Positions 14,015-24,118 of a DNA stretch of 64,000 nt are shown here, one piece after another (the first letter of the stretch is position 1; each line of letters opens with the position of its first letter). Source of the DNA: Mobula hypostoma (lineage: Eukaryota); contig NC_086109.1 of NCBI RefSeq assembly GCF_963921235.1, positions 25,172,001 to 25,236,000 on the forward strand, read 5' to 3'. Position numbers and translations under genes: made by a program. A model generated the notes under the pieces. The model had not been told where the DNA came from. It was given only the letters and a program-made list of their open reading frames with translations, and made no database searches.

Positions 14015-16948
14015 ATGGAGGTTGAGGAATTTATAAAGGCGCCGACCTTGGAGGCATTAGAGGATGCCAGGAAATCGGAATTGATAGCTGTGGCAAAACG
14101 GGTGAATCTTGCTAAGGTGAAGTCGACAATGAGGAGAGAGGAGATACACAGAGCTATTGTAGAGCACTATGTATCTAAAGGTGTGTTTCCCCAAGGTGAG
14201 CTGGGGGAGGTGTCTATTGAAAAACCTGCTGGAGACGCGGTACAGGTACAGCTTGAAAAACTGAGACTCGAGCACGAGTTCCGGGTACGGCAGTTAGAAA
14301 GGCAGGAGAAAGAGAGAGAGTTAGAAAGGCAGGAGAAAGAGAGAGAGTTAGAAAGGCAGGAGAAAGAGAGAGAGTTAGAAAGGCAGGAGAAAGAGAGAGA
14401 GGTAGAAAGGCAGGAGAGGGACAGACAGTTGGAGAGAGAACAGAGAGAGAGGGACAGACAGTTGGAGAGAGAAGAGAGAGAGAGGGACAGACAGTTGGAG
14501 AGAGAGGAGAAACAGAGGGAAAGGGAATTTGAGCTGGAAAAGTTAAGGATAAGGGCCGAGCAGGGGCTCGTGCCGAACCAAGGTGGAGGGTTCCGGGCGA
14601 CCCAGGAGGTTAGGCTGGTTCCCCCATTTGACGATACCGATGTGGATCGGTACTTTCTCCACTTCGAAAAAGTAGCTATAAGTCAGGACTGGCCGAGGGA
14701 TAAGTGGGTTGTTTTACTTCAGAGTGTACTGAAAGGGAAAGCCCAACAAGCTTACTCCGCTTTATCCGCGGAAGATGCCCAGAGGTATGAGGTGGTGAAA
14801 GAGGCCATCCTCAGGATTTATGAGTTGGTCCCGGAGGCATACCGGCAGAGGTTCCGGAATGCGAGGAAGCGGTGGGACCGCACGTATTTGGAGTTTGCTC
14901 GCGAGATGCAAACATATTGTGAGCGTTGGTGCGCCTCGAAAGGGGTAGAGGGGGATTATGACAGACTGCTGCAGCTGATTCTGATTGAGCAGTTTAAAGG
15001 TTGTGTCCCTGAGGGTATGAGACCCTACCTCGATGAGAAAGAGGCAGCCACGTTAGCCGCAACTGCTAAGTTAGCGGATGAGTATGCGTTGACGCATAAA
15101 ATGAAGGTTGCCCCGAGTAAAGGCTACCAGAAGGGTAGTCAGGACGGCGGGGAGAGTCCACCGGAAAAGTCAGAAAGTAAGCCGGGGACTAGTGAAAAGG
15201 ATAAGGTAGACCGGGAGCAGTCTGGTAGGAAGTCTCCTGGGGTCGTCTGTTATAATTGTGGGAAAGTCGGACACTTTGCGTCCAGGTGCTTTGCCCCAAG
15301 GAAGGAGACGGGGAAAGGAAAAGCGGAAATTTTGAATGGCTGTATTGAGCTGTTAAGCGAACCGCTAGGGAAGGACAGGTCTGAAAAAGTCCAGGAAGGG
15401 CGCGAGAGGTTTATCTCGGCCGGACTGGTGTCAGTGAAAAAGAGGTTAAAACCAGTTCCAGTGCGGATCTGGAGAGACACGGGAGCGTGTCAGTCACTAA
15501 TACTGAAGAGTGTATTAGAGTTTAGCTCAGAGACCCAGACTGGGGAGGTAGAGGTCAAAGGTGTTGGGGAAGGGACAGAGTCAGTCCCTTTGCACCAGAT
15601 ACACTTACAGAGCAACCTGGTCTCTGGACTAGTCACGATTGGGGTGAGGTCCGAATTACCGATGAAAGACGTGGAAGTCTTGCTCGGTAATGACATCGCC
15701 GGAGGGATCGTGTTCCCAGTCGTGAGATTGACGGGTCAGCCTGCCAGCATGGAGGCCCCGCCCGCGATGGTGAATTTGGCTGAAACATTTCTGCCAACCT
15801 TGTATGAGACAGGGTGTAGTGAGATAAGAGGTAGTGAGGGAGCTGGGACGGACGTAGCAGTAGCCAGGAAAGAATTTGTGCAGACGCAGGAGCGAGACGA
15901 GGGGCTGATGGTTTTGGCCGAGACCGCTCTCTCTGACACAGCCTTGACAAGCTATTGTGTGGATAAGGAGGTGCTAAGGAAGAAAGGGAAATCAAGTACA
16001 GCATCCGCAGATGAGGAGTGGGGGGTGGTGCAAAAGAGTTATGGGGATGAGGTTTTTAACATGGCCCACGAGGTACCCCCCGGTGGACATTTTGCGGTGC
16101 TGGAGGAAACAGTTGGTGGAATCATGAAAGAGAGTTACCGGCTGCCCAGGGGGAAAAATGTTATTGATCATGACCGACGCGAACTGAGACGGTCACCGGC
16201 TTTTGATATGCTAACAAACCTAGTGGGTGTTAGCGTGGAAATCAATGAAGCTTGGGGCCCCTTGATAAGAGGAAAGAACCATTTTGAAAAGATTAGGATG
16301 GGATCGGTCAGATGGGAGAAGGCTATTGTTTTGGCCAGGTCTACTGATAAGGTCTCTCCCTTAATCCCCGAAGGAGTAATTAAACGACTCGCACCCATGT
16401 GTTTGATTGTCCCGAGGAAATGCAAAGAACTGGGACGTTGGGTGATTGTGGTTACAATAGGGCAACCAAGCAAACAACACCCATATTTTTTGAGTAATTC
16501 AGTGACTAAAGGGCTGATGAACACAGAGGTGTGTATTGGCAATTTAACACGGCTGTCTGAAGCCAGCTTGATAGTGAACCTTGAAAAAAATGAATTCGGC
16601 CACACGAAGGACACTTACCTGGGAATTGTGGTGGCACAGGGGCAGCTGGCAGCGATGCAAGCTACAGTGCAGGCTATCGCTGACCTCCCAACCCCGACAG
16701 ACAAGAGGGCCCTCAGAAGGCTTTTGGAGATGGTGGGGTACTGCAGGAAGTTTTGCAATAACTCTGCGGTCAATACCCGTCCCCCTCCTACTAAGCCCTT
16801 GCGAGAGAAAATTGAGTCGGAATGGGACGACCCTTGTTATTGTGGTCCGGGACAAAACCAAATGAGAGGTTACATTGGTCGCAATTCATCAGTGTTTTTG
16901 GCCACTATGAAGTTTGCTGAGTTGGAGCCTGGTCTAAGGGATTATTAA
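14015..16948 (+). CDS. 977-aa Gag (coiled coil, SCAN-like capsid, CCHC knuckle) plus aspartic protease fused to deleted integrase/RT remnants
   Basis: PEAYRQRFR...ILIEQF...LADEY (SCAN-like capsid); CYNCGKVGHFASRC; RDTGA...LLGND protease; AHEVPPGGH integrase Zn half-site; PSKQHPY RT start; YxDD position reads CIG; RT thumb-like YLG...GYCRKF. Confidence 0.9.
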   Translation: MEVEEFIKAPTLEALEDARKSELIAVAKRVNLAKVKSTMRREEIHRAIVEHYVSKGVFPQGELGEVSIEKPAGDAVQVQLEKLRLEHEFRVRQLERQEKERELERQEKERELERQEKERELERQEKEREVERQERDRQLEREQRERDRQLEREERERDRQLEREEKQREREFELEKLRIRAEQGLVPNQGGGFRATQEVRLVPPFDDTDVDRYFLHFEKVAISQDWPRDKWVVLLQSVLKGKAQQAYSALSAEDAQRYEVVKEAILRIYELVPEAYRQRFRNARKRWDRTYLEFAREMQTYCERWCASKGVEGDYDRLLQLILIEQFKGCVPEGMRPYLDEKEAATLAATAKLADEYALTHKMKVAPSKGYQKGSQDGGESPPEKSESKPGTSEKDKVDREQSGRKSPGVVCYNCGKVGHFASRCFAPRKETGKGKAEILNGCIELLSEPLGKDRSEKVQEGRERFISAGLVSVKKRLKPVPVRIWRDTGACQSLILKSVLEFSSETQTGEVEVKGVGEGTESVPLHQIHLQSNLVSGLVTIGVRSELPMKDVEVLLGNDIAGGIVFPVVRLTGQPASMEAPPAMVNLAETFLPTLYETGCSEIRGSEGAGTDVAVARKEFVQTQERDEGLMVLAETALSDTALTSYCVDKEVLRKKGKSSTASADEEWGVVQKSYGDEVFNMAHEVPPGGHFAVLEETVGGIMKESYRLPRGKNVIDHDRRELRRSPAFDMLTNLVGVSVEINEAWGPLIRGKNHFEKIRMGSVRWEKAIVLARSTDKVSPLIPEGVIKRLAPMCLIVPRKCKELGRWVIVVTIGQPSKQHPYFLSNSVTKGLMNTEVCIGNLTRLSEASLIVNLEKNEFGHTKDTYLGIVVAQGQLAAMQATVQAIADLPTPTDKRALRRLLEMVGYCRKFCNNSAVNTRPPPTKPLREKIESEWDDPCYCGPGQNQMRGYIGRNSSVFLATMKFAELEPGLRDY
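14291..14520 (+). repeat. In-frame coding minisatellite in Gag: 27-bp unit x about 5, then 33-bp unit x about 3
   Basis: GAGTTAGAAAGGCAGGAGAAAGAGAGA repeats (ELERQEKER) followed by QLERE(Q/E)RERDR repeats. Confidence 0.95.
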
Positions 16949-17108
16949 TAACACGTGTAAAAGGAACAGAAAATGTGATGACTGTCTGTCAAGGTGTTGA
17001 CAGCTTCAAATTCTCTGTATTAGCTAAATAACTGTTAAAGATGTATATTGTGTATGTATCAGATAATGTAGTCATGTTTGCAATTTTTACCTCCCGGTAA
17101 AAATCCTT

Positions 17109-17120
17109 AAAGGGGGGAAG
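17109..17120 (+). promoter_or_regulatory. Polypurine tract
   Basis: AAAGGGGGGAAG immediately before the 3' LTR. Confidence 0.9.
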
Positions 17121-17999
17121 TGTTACGAGAATACACATAAAATTAAGATGTTTGCTGGCCTGGGCTAGCATCAGTGGCATCAGCAGTTGGTCTGCCACCT
17201 GCCCTCAGGGGAAGGAGAGATAAGGAACAATGGAGCAGCGTCTGAAGATGTGTAATGAAGGGATGTGGGAGGAAGAGCTGTCTGGAGCGGCTCCCCCCTT
17301 TGAACCCTGAACTGTTTGAAGTGATGGACAGGCGATACCCCAGCAGGGGGATAAAAAGGGACAGGTTCGCTAAGACAGACACACACGCCACCCGAGGTAA
17401 CGAGACCCTGGAAGCGGTGCACTTCTCATGAGTGGGTGAGAAGTACCGGACAACGACAAGGGTGGAAAGGTACGATCAGCGGGAACCCGGTGTGTGTCCG
17501 CCCTTGCCTGGGTGCCGGGTTCACTGCAGAGGATCGACCGCATCTGGAGGAGGGGTCACAGTCGGTGACCTCAGGTGACATCACCAAGGACCTGCCCAAA
17601 AGCTGTTTGTGAGCCATCTCGCTGGTCTGTGAGCCATCCCGCTGGTCTGTGAGTGAAGCAGTGTTCTGAATGATCAGTTGTTCCTATTCTGTCTCTCTTC
17701 CCCACCTTGTCCATCGCCATGACAACGATTACTGCGAACTGAACTACTAAACTGGACTGAACTTTGAGTCATTTTGAAATTGGTCATTTACCCCTAGACA
17801 ACGATAGAGCTTGATTGATGCTGTTATCTTAATTCTGTGCACATGTGTGGTTATCATTGTTGAATTGTTGCATTTATTATCCTTTCGATTACTGTGTTGC
17901 TTGTTTCTTTAATAAAACTTTCTTAGTTCTAGTACTCCAGACTCCAACTGAGTGATCCATTTCTGCTGGTTTGGCAACCCAGTTACGGGGTACGTAACA
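17121..17999 (+). repeat. 3' LTR
   Basis: About 99% identical to 13037-13915 by eye. Confidence 0.97.
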
Positions 18000-19970
18000 C
18001 TTGATACCTGCAAGTGATTTTTCAACCTGGTAGGTAAAGATTCATAAAATGAGGTAGGACGGTGGGTGATAATTAAAAGGAAGGTTCCTTACCCATGATG
18101 CCATGAGATCCAAGAGTTGCTCAGTCAACAAGATATAAAAGGTACACCATATCACCGTGCTGCCTCCAGCAGTCAGTCTATCCGACTTGTAGAACTCGAG
18201 GTTGTTGTTCACCTTGCCTGTGGGGACAGAACTCCCAATGTTGACACTAGTTCTCAAGTGCTAGGCTAAAAGATAACTTACGCCCAAGACATCCATCCTG
18301 CCCCTTCTGAGAAAATAAGTTAAGTCCAATTTTCCAATCAAAAGAACTTTGGAAGAGTTCAGAGTCACAACATGAGCCAACTCAATTGTTTCTAATAAGG
18401 TAAAGAACCACCCTGGGGCCATGACAGTACACCCACATTTTAAGGACTGGCTGTCTACTTAGAAAGCTTTCAACATTGTGATTTTCCTTGACACAAGCTC
18501 ATGACAAAATTTATTGCTTCTTTCACATTCTTGTTTATTTAGTTACTTTTCCTGGAATAAGTTCTCTCAGAGCAAAATTTTGGCAGGGATGTGTACTCTA
18601 TAAGGGAAAATTTCCAACATCTGAGCACTGCCATAATGCAAGGGTACACAATATTTGTGGCAAACACCCAACCTTAATTCAACCCAGCATGTTCTTCAGA
18701 ACACCCAGCATGCTATTCCCCCATCTCCCCTGTACACAGTCAAAATAAGCATTCAACACTTCAATTTATAGTCCAGTTTTCAACTGTAGTTTTGTATTAA
18801 ACACAACTGGAGAGAGCCAGTATAGGCTTGCTAGTGACAGTCTTTCCTGGCTTATTTTTTTATTTATTCTTGGAAAGTGGCTGGCAAAAATTCATACCCC
18901 TGCCCCTGCAGCTCCACCAGCACCTTGTCATTTACAGCCAGCAGGGTTGCTGCACTCCATGCTGAGGTTACATAGGCTGCAGCCACAGTATGTAGGCATT
19001 CCTTTGGAATCTCCTCTACTGAAAATCATCAGTAAGGGCACTAAGCAGCATTGCATATTAAAAAAGTAAAAGCATGTGACAGGCACCAAGAAATGGCACA
19101 GCTTTAAGGTGCATGGCAAAGTTTAAAAACCTACAAGGATCTATTTATGTATGGTAAGTGCTGTTAAAGTGCTGCCAGAGGTTTTTATAATAGTAATGTT
19201 TAAGAGGCATTTAGACAAACTCATGAACAGGAAGGGAATCCAGTGATAAGAGACTACGTGTAGAAATGTGCAAAAATACCGTATATTCATGGGTCAGGTG
19301 GCATCTGTGGAAAGAGAAACAGAATTAATGCTTCAGATTGAAGAGTGAGCCCTTTCCAGCAAATATGAGACATCACCAGAGCTTGAGAAAATTATTTGTG
19401 AAGGTACTTTACTTGGTGTACAGCCAGGAACAAGCAGTGAAGGTAAAGCTACTGATAAATGCAGATGGATTCACCTTCCACAACTCCCAATTAAAAATTC
19501 TGTTTAAAGTTCCTTCACCACTTTTCCAGAGCTGAAACTTCCCAACACCTTATAATCTCCTTTTTAGTCTTTAGTTTTTGATTCCCATTGGCACTTCACT
19601 AATATCCTCAGGCACTCGATCTCTTGCTCTAGAATTCCCTTCCCAATCCCAATTTCCGACTGCAAGACTGCCTTTTATAACAAATTAATGGACACCCATT
19701 GAATTCTGGTCCATGGCCCCACAACAAATCCTGTAAACACATTCCTCTTTGCAAGAGCTCTAGCTGTTCTGTTCCATTAAAAATGCAGAATGAAAACTTG
19801 TAATCCAAACCTGGGGGGGTGGGGAGATGGGGGGGGGGGGTTGTGGAAGCATGAAAACACATGTTTCTTTTTCTTACTACTTATTGTCGACAGCTTGTAG
19901 AGTTGGAGTGATCTTCCTAGAAACTTCTTAAAAAAAACAATAAACAGGGAAAGATGCATATTTTACTTAC

Positions 19971-20108
19971 CAGAAAAAATGATGCAATGAAATTATCACA
20001 ACTTATGAGGACAACAACTTATCTGTCTACTGGGCACTTGGATAAATAGAAAACTATCCACAATCCTGCTCCATGCATTGTTCATGGATCAGCACACCAT
20101 GAAATTAG
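19971..20108 (-). other. Candidate 138-nt non-coding exon
   Basis: Minus-strand TTTTTTTTGTTTACTTTTACAG| acceptor and CTG|GTAAGT donor; stop codons in all three frames. Confidence 0.4.
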
Positions 20109-20809
20109 CTGTAAAAGTAAACAAAAAAAATTAAGATTACAGCTGTGTTTTTAAATTGTTTAGGCAGCACTGAGGACAAATAGTTTTGAAAATCTGTTAG
20201 TTTTTGGAGGAGGTCCTTTTGTGCTTGGGATGATTAGGAAACACTCTACGGACACACAGCTTCAACACTGAACACCATCAGATCAGATAGTTCCTGCAAT
20301 AGTACGCTTAACTTCCCCAGAGATAGACCTTAGAGTGCTCCAGTGAGAAACGTAACACTTACAAGGTTATCAGTTCAAGAGATAGCTCTCCCAAGAACCT
20401 CCTCCCTCTTCAAAGTGACTGTGTAGCCTTTGCCACTTACAAGATCAGTACATAAAGCTAAAAATCAGGTTAATAAATGAAACTTAAAGAGTAGATCTAG
20501 TAAGTTATACCCTGATCTATCTGCATCACAAACCTAAATTTACCTTGCATACACAAAACCAGTTCAACCTCATGAAGATATGGATTGATCTTAATCACCT
20601 AGGAGCCCACCACACTGGATTAGAAAAGAGATGCAATTAAGGGGCAACATGGGGTGTAAAGACTTGGTCATGGTCAGGCAGAATGTGCTGAATTGAGTAG
20701 TAGCATGAGAAATGGTGCCATCCACCCATGGATTTTGTAATTTTAGGTTCTTAGTGTCACACTGAATAATTTTTCCCCATTTTCTGGATTGGGGAAACTT
20801 TCTGCACTG

Positions 20810-21295
20810 TTGCCTAGATTGGTGATAATGCCCTGTGAGAATAGGTTGAGTGAACTTGGCATTTTCTCCTTGGAGCAATGGAGGATGAGAGGTCACCTGA
20901 TAGAGGTGTATAAGATGATGAGAGACATTGATCGTGTGCATAGTCAGAAGCTTTCTCCCAGGGCTGAAATGGCTAAGACAAGAGGGCAGAGTTTTAAGGT
21001 GCTTGGAAGTAGGTACAGAGGAGATGTCAGGGGTAAGTAGTGTTTTTTTTTTAAAACGCAGAGAGTGGTGAGTGCGTGAAATGGGTTGCCGGCGATGGTG
21101 GTGGAGGCGGATACAATAGGGTCTTTTAAGGGACTCCTGGATAGGTACACGGAACTTAGAAAAATAGAGGGCTTTGGGTAACCTGAGGTAATTTCTAAAG
21201 TAAGCACACGTTCGGCACAGCATTTTGGGCCGAAGGGCCTGTATTGTGCTATAGGTTTTCTGTGTTTCTACGTTTCTATGTCCTATGTTTCTATT
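20810..21295 (+). mobile_element. CR1 3' end
   Basis: RLSELGIFSLEQWRMRGHLIEVYKMM ORF2 C-terminus, 3'UTR and a (GTTTCTAT)-like tail. Confidence 0.85.
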
Positions 21296-23159
21296 TTCGA
21301 GCGGTCATGGGCCAGAAATTTCCAAAAGTTAGCAAGGATATTATACTTTATTCAAGGTGGCTTTGGAAATATTCTTTGCCTCTGTCCTCCCGGCAATCTT
21401 TCACCACGACCGAGTAAGGTGGATGTCACCAATCTAATTATATGGCCCATTCATTGCATCTGGCTAAGTCCAAACAGAACCCTGACAATGGAGATACTGG
21501 CTTGGAAGGGAACACAATTATTGGCTCAGAGTTTAGAGATTTTGTAGGTATGTCACATGATGGCAGATAAATTAAGAGATTCGAACTCACTTTTAATCCT
21601 TTATGCCTCTACCAGAGCCAGCCCCTCCATTTGAGTTAGCTACTCAAACTTTGTTCATGTGAAATGAAATTCAAATTTTTTTATAACCATCTTATGTTTT
21701 TTAAAAACATTTATAACTTCTAATGGAAAAATTTTTGCTTGATTCATGTGGTTGCAATAATGTAGAATCCTCAATAAATCCTTAAGTCAATGTCTGGTCA
21801 TTTGTTTATCAACTTGAAATATTTTTCTTAAAGCAGTTTTATTTAAAACTGTTCTCAGAATTATAAATTATTTACCAACTTTTCCAGTGGAAAAAAGCAT
21901 TTTCTAAACCATCCAAATCCCTCTTGAAATGTATCTCTGTGCAGCTAATTATTTGTAACTTTTGGTACAAGATAAAACATTTAAATCCTGATAATTCAAA
22001 TCATTTTATTTCAGGAAAGTACATTGCCTTTAGTCATTTAAGATAAGTATTATCATTGGGTGAAAAAGAGATTATTTGGAATTTACAGTTCTAAAACTGA
22101 CATTTCTTTACTGTGAGCGTGTGCTAGTTTTGGATTAATTCATTGTTATCGATCAACTATTTGTTGCTGTATTATGCGAATCTCAGGATACCAACAATTC
22201 GAATCTTGCTGATAACTGTATTTTTTTTTAAATGAGGGCCCTATAACCCAGAATAAGATATTATGAAAATTTCATTAAACAATTGACCGAAAGTTAAGAA
22301 TTTAGAAAATTCATAGGAGCAAGTTGATACAATTTGTACAAAACGACAAAGCACTGCATTTTTCTGTAAGAGTAACAATATACTTACTTGTATTCTGATA
22401 TTGGTTTTCTCTTGTGCTTTTATATATTTATGTAATGAAATGATCTGTACAGAGAGCATGCAAAAAAGCTTAGAGATTTATTGTCTCAGTACCTTGGTAC
22501 ACCTGACAATAATAAATCAACTATCAATATAAAAGTCTACAATCCTGAAAAACACTTGATTGATTGAGCAGTAGCTTAGGAAAGAAAAAAAGTACTTTTA
22601 CATTTCAGTAAAAAGTCCATTGCAGAAATCTTTATCAAGCCCAGAGTACAGTAGCGTTTACAGCACAAAATCTGTATTTGTTACTGCAATTATATCAGCA
22701 GTTCTATGCTGTAGCAGGCAACTTAACTACATTGTTAAGTGAGCAAAAACAGAGGGGTGGAAGGAAAGACAGAAAGGGAAGAGGAGATTGGTGGAAGGCC
22801 AATGAGTGAACAAAACAGCATCTCAGAAAGAGGAATTTGAGCTTCAGAGTGTTTACTGAGTTAGATGAAACATACCACACAAATCAGGAAAGTCCTTCAG
22901 TCATTCCCAGGTTACCTTACAACAGCAGGCTGAACGGCTGGAAAAATAGATGAAGTAGTAAAAAAAATGTTGGAATTGCATAGGAGGTCAGGAAGCACCT
23001 GTGGAGAGAGAAATATAAATTAACACTTCATGTTCTCCACCCCTTCAATCAGAACAAAGAAAAGGTGTAACAAAAAACAATGCTTCAGGTCGAGAGATGA
23101 CGATGGGATGAAGAGGATAAAGGGAATGTCTGTGATGTGGTGGAGATGACAAAATATTG

Positions 23160-23516
23160 AAATGGGCAAGGCCTCCCCACTACTGAGCACATCTACAAGG
23201 AGTGCTACCATAACAAAGCAGCATCCATCATCAGGGACCCCGACCATCCAGGGCATGCTCTCTCCTCAATGCCGCCATCCAGAAGGCACAGGAGCATTAG
23301 GTCGCACACTATCAGATTCAGGAACATTTACTGCCCTTCAGCGACCAAGCTTCTGAACCATCGTGGATAACTTCATTCACCACAACAATGAACTGATTCC
23401 ACAGCCTATGCATTCATTTTCAGGGACTCTACAACCCATGTACTCAATATTATTTATTTATTTATTGTTGCTTTTATACTTGCAGTTTGTCTACTTTTGC
23501 ACATTGCCAGTCTTTG

Positions 23517-23574
<58 letters not shown>

Positions 23575-23675
23575 CATTGATTCTATTATGTTTCTTTGTA
23601 CTTACTGTAAATGCCAGAAAAAAAATCAATCTCAGTGATCTATAGGTATTTTGATAATAAATTTACTCTGAACTT
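23160..23675 (+). mobile_element. Rex/Babar-like 3' fragment
   Basis: AASIIRDPDHPGHAL-type segment followed by an AT-rich 3'UTR ending GATAATAAATTTACTCTGAACTTT. Confidence 0.6.
23518..23570. repeat. (TG)n microsatellite, about 26 units
   Basis: Perfect dinucleotide run. Confidence 0.98.
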
Positions 23676-23904
23676 TCAGAGGGTGGAAATGGTCTATAAA
23701 TCACAATCATGCAGGAACTACGAAATATGTGATAACTGTTTTGATGATTATATTTTCTACACCACTTCTTACTTGCTATCTAATAAAAGGTGTCTCCTCA
23801 GCCATCAGGACAATGCCAACACCCAGTCATCCCATCAGTCCCAGTTTCTTCCCCCTCTCTCAAATATGCTCATATCAACTATCTAGCTAATTTGCCTCTT
23901 ACCT

Positions 23905-24070
23905 CAATGAAGGGATAATTTGCAGTAACCAATTACCCTACCAATGGGTCTTTGGGAAATGGATGGAAATTGGAGCACGTGGTAGAAGCATGCATAGTCA
24001 CAGGGAAATCCTGAACTCCACACTAACTGCACCCAAGGCTGAGGTTTAAACCTGCATGTACAGCAGAGAT
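23905..24070 (-). mobile_element. V-domain SINE remnant
   Basis: Similar to 3545-3810 (GGAAATTGGAGCAC...CATGCATAGTCACAGGG). Confidence 0.5.
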
Positions 24071-24118
24071 GAGCATTGGGACTGCTCCTCTTCACAGTCA
24101 ATGTTAAATTATCTACTT

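Larger units (their letters stand above)
13037..17999 (+). mobile_element. Gmr1-like Ty3/Gypsy LTR retrotransposon, internally deleted, recent insertion
   Basis: Two 879-bp LTRs (TGTTACG...CGTAACA) with about 7 differences; 4-bp TSD CTTG (13033-13036 / 18000-18003); PBS, PPT and a Gag-PR-IN-RT domain order. Confidence 0.97.
12450..18300 (-). mobile_element. Old LINE endonuclease-region remnant split by the Gypsy insertion (pieces about 12450-13036 and 18000-18300)
   Basis: Joining the two flanks on the minus strand gives degenerate endonuclease-like sequence (...HHQEWLG...) continuous across the CTTG TSD. Confidence 0.55.

Noticed and set aside
14291-14520. CRISPR-like regular repeats
   Set aside because: Head-to-tail coding repeats with no spacers, in eukaryotic DNA.
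14015-16948. Domesticated SCAN/ZCCHC host gene
   Set aside because: Flanked by near-identical LTRs, PBS, PPT and TSD, so it is a recent insertion rather than a domesticated gene.
13059-17617. Identical small ORFs at 13059/17143 and 13342/17426 suggesting duplicated genes
   Set aside because: Explained by the two LTRs.
19811-19840. Poly-G tracts (also near 27517, 33088, 34924, 58916) as functional G-quadruplexes
   Set aside because: Simple homopolymers with uncertain length and no supporting context.
20591-21223. 210-aa minus-strand ORF
   Set aside because: Mostly antisense to a CR1 3' end; chance open frame.
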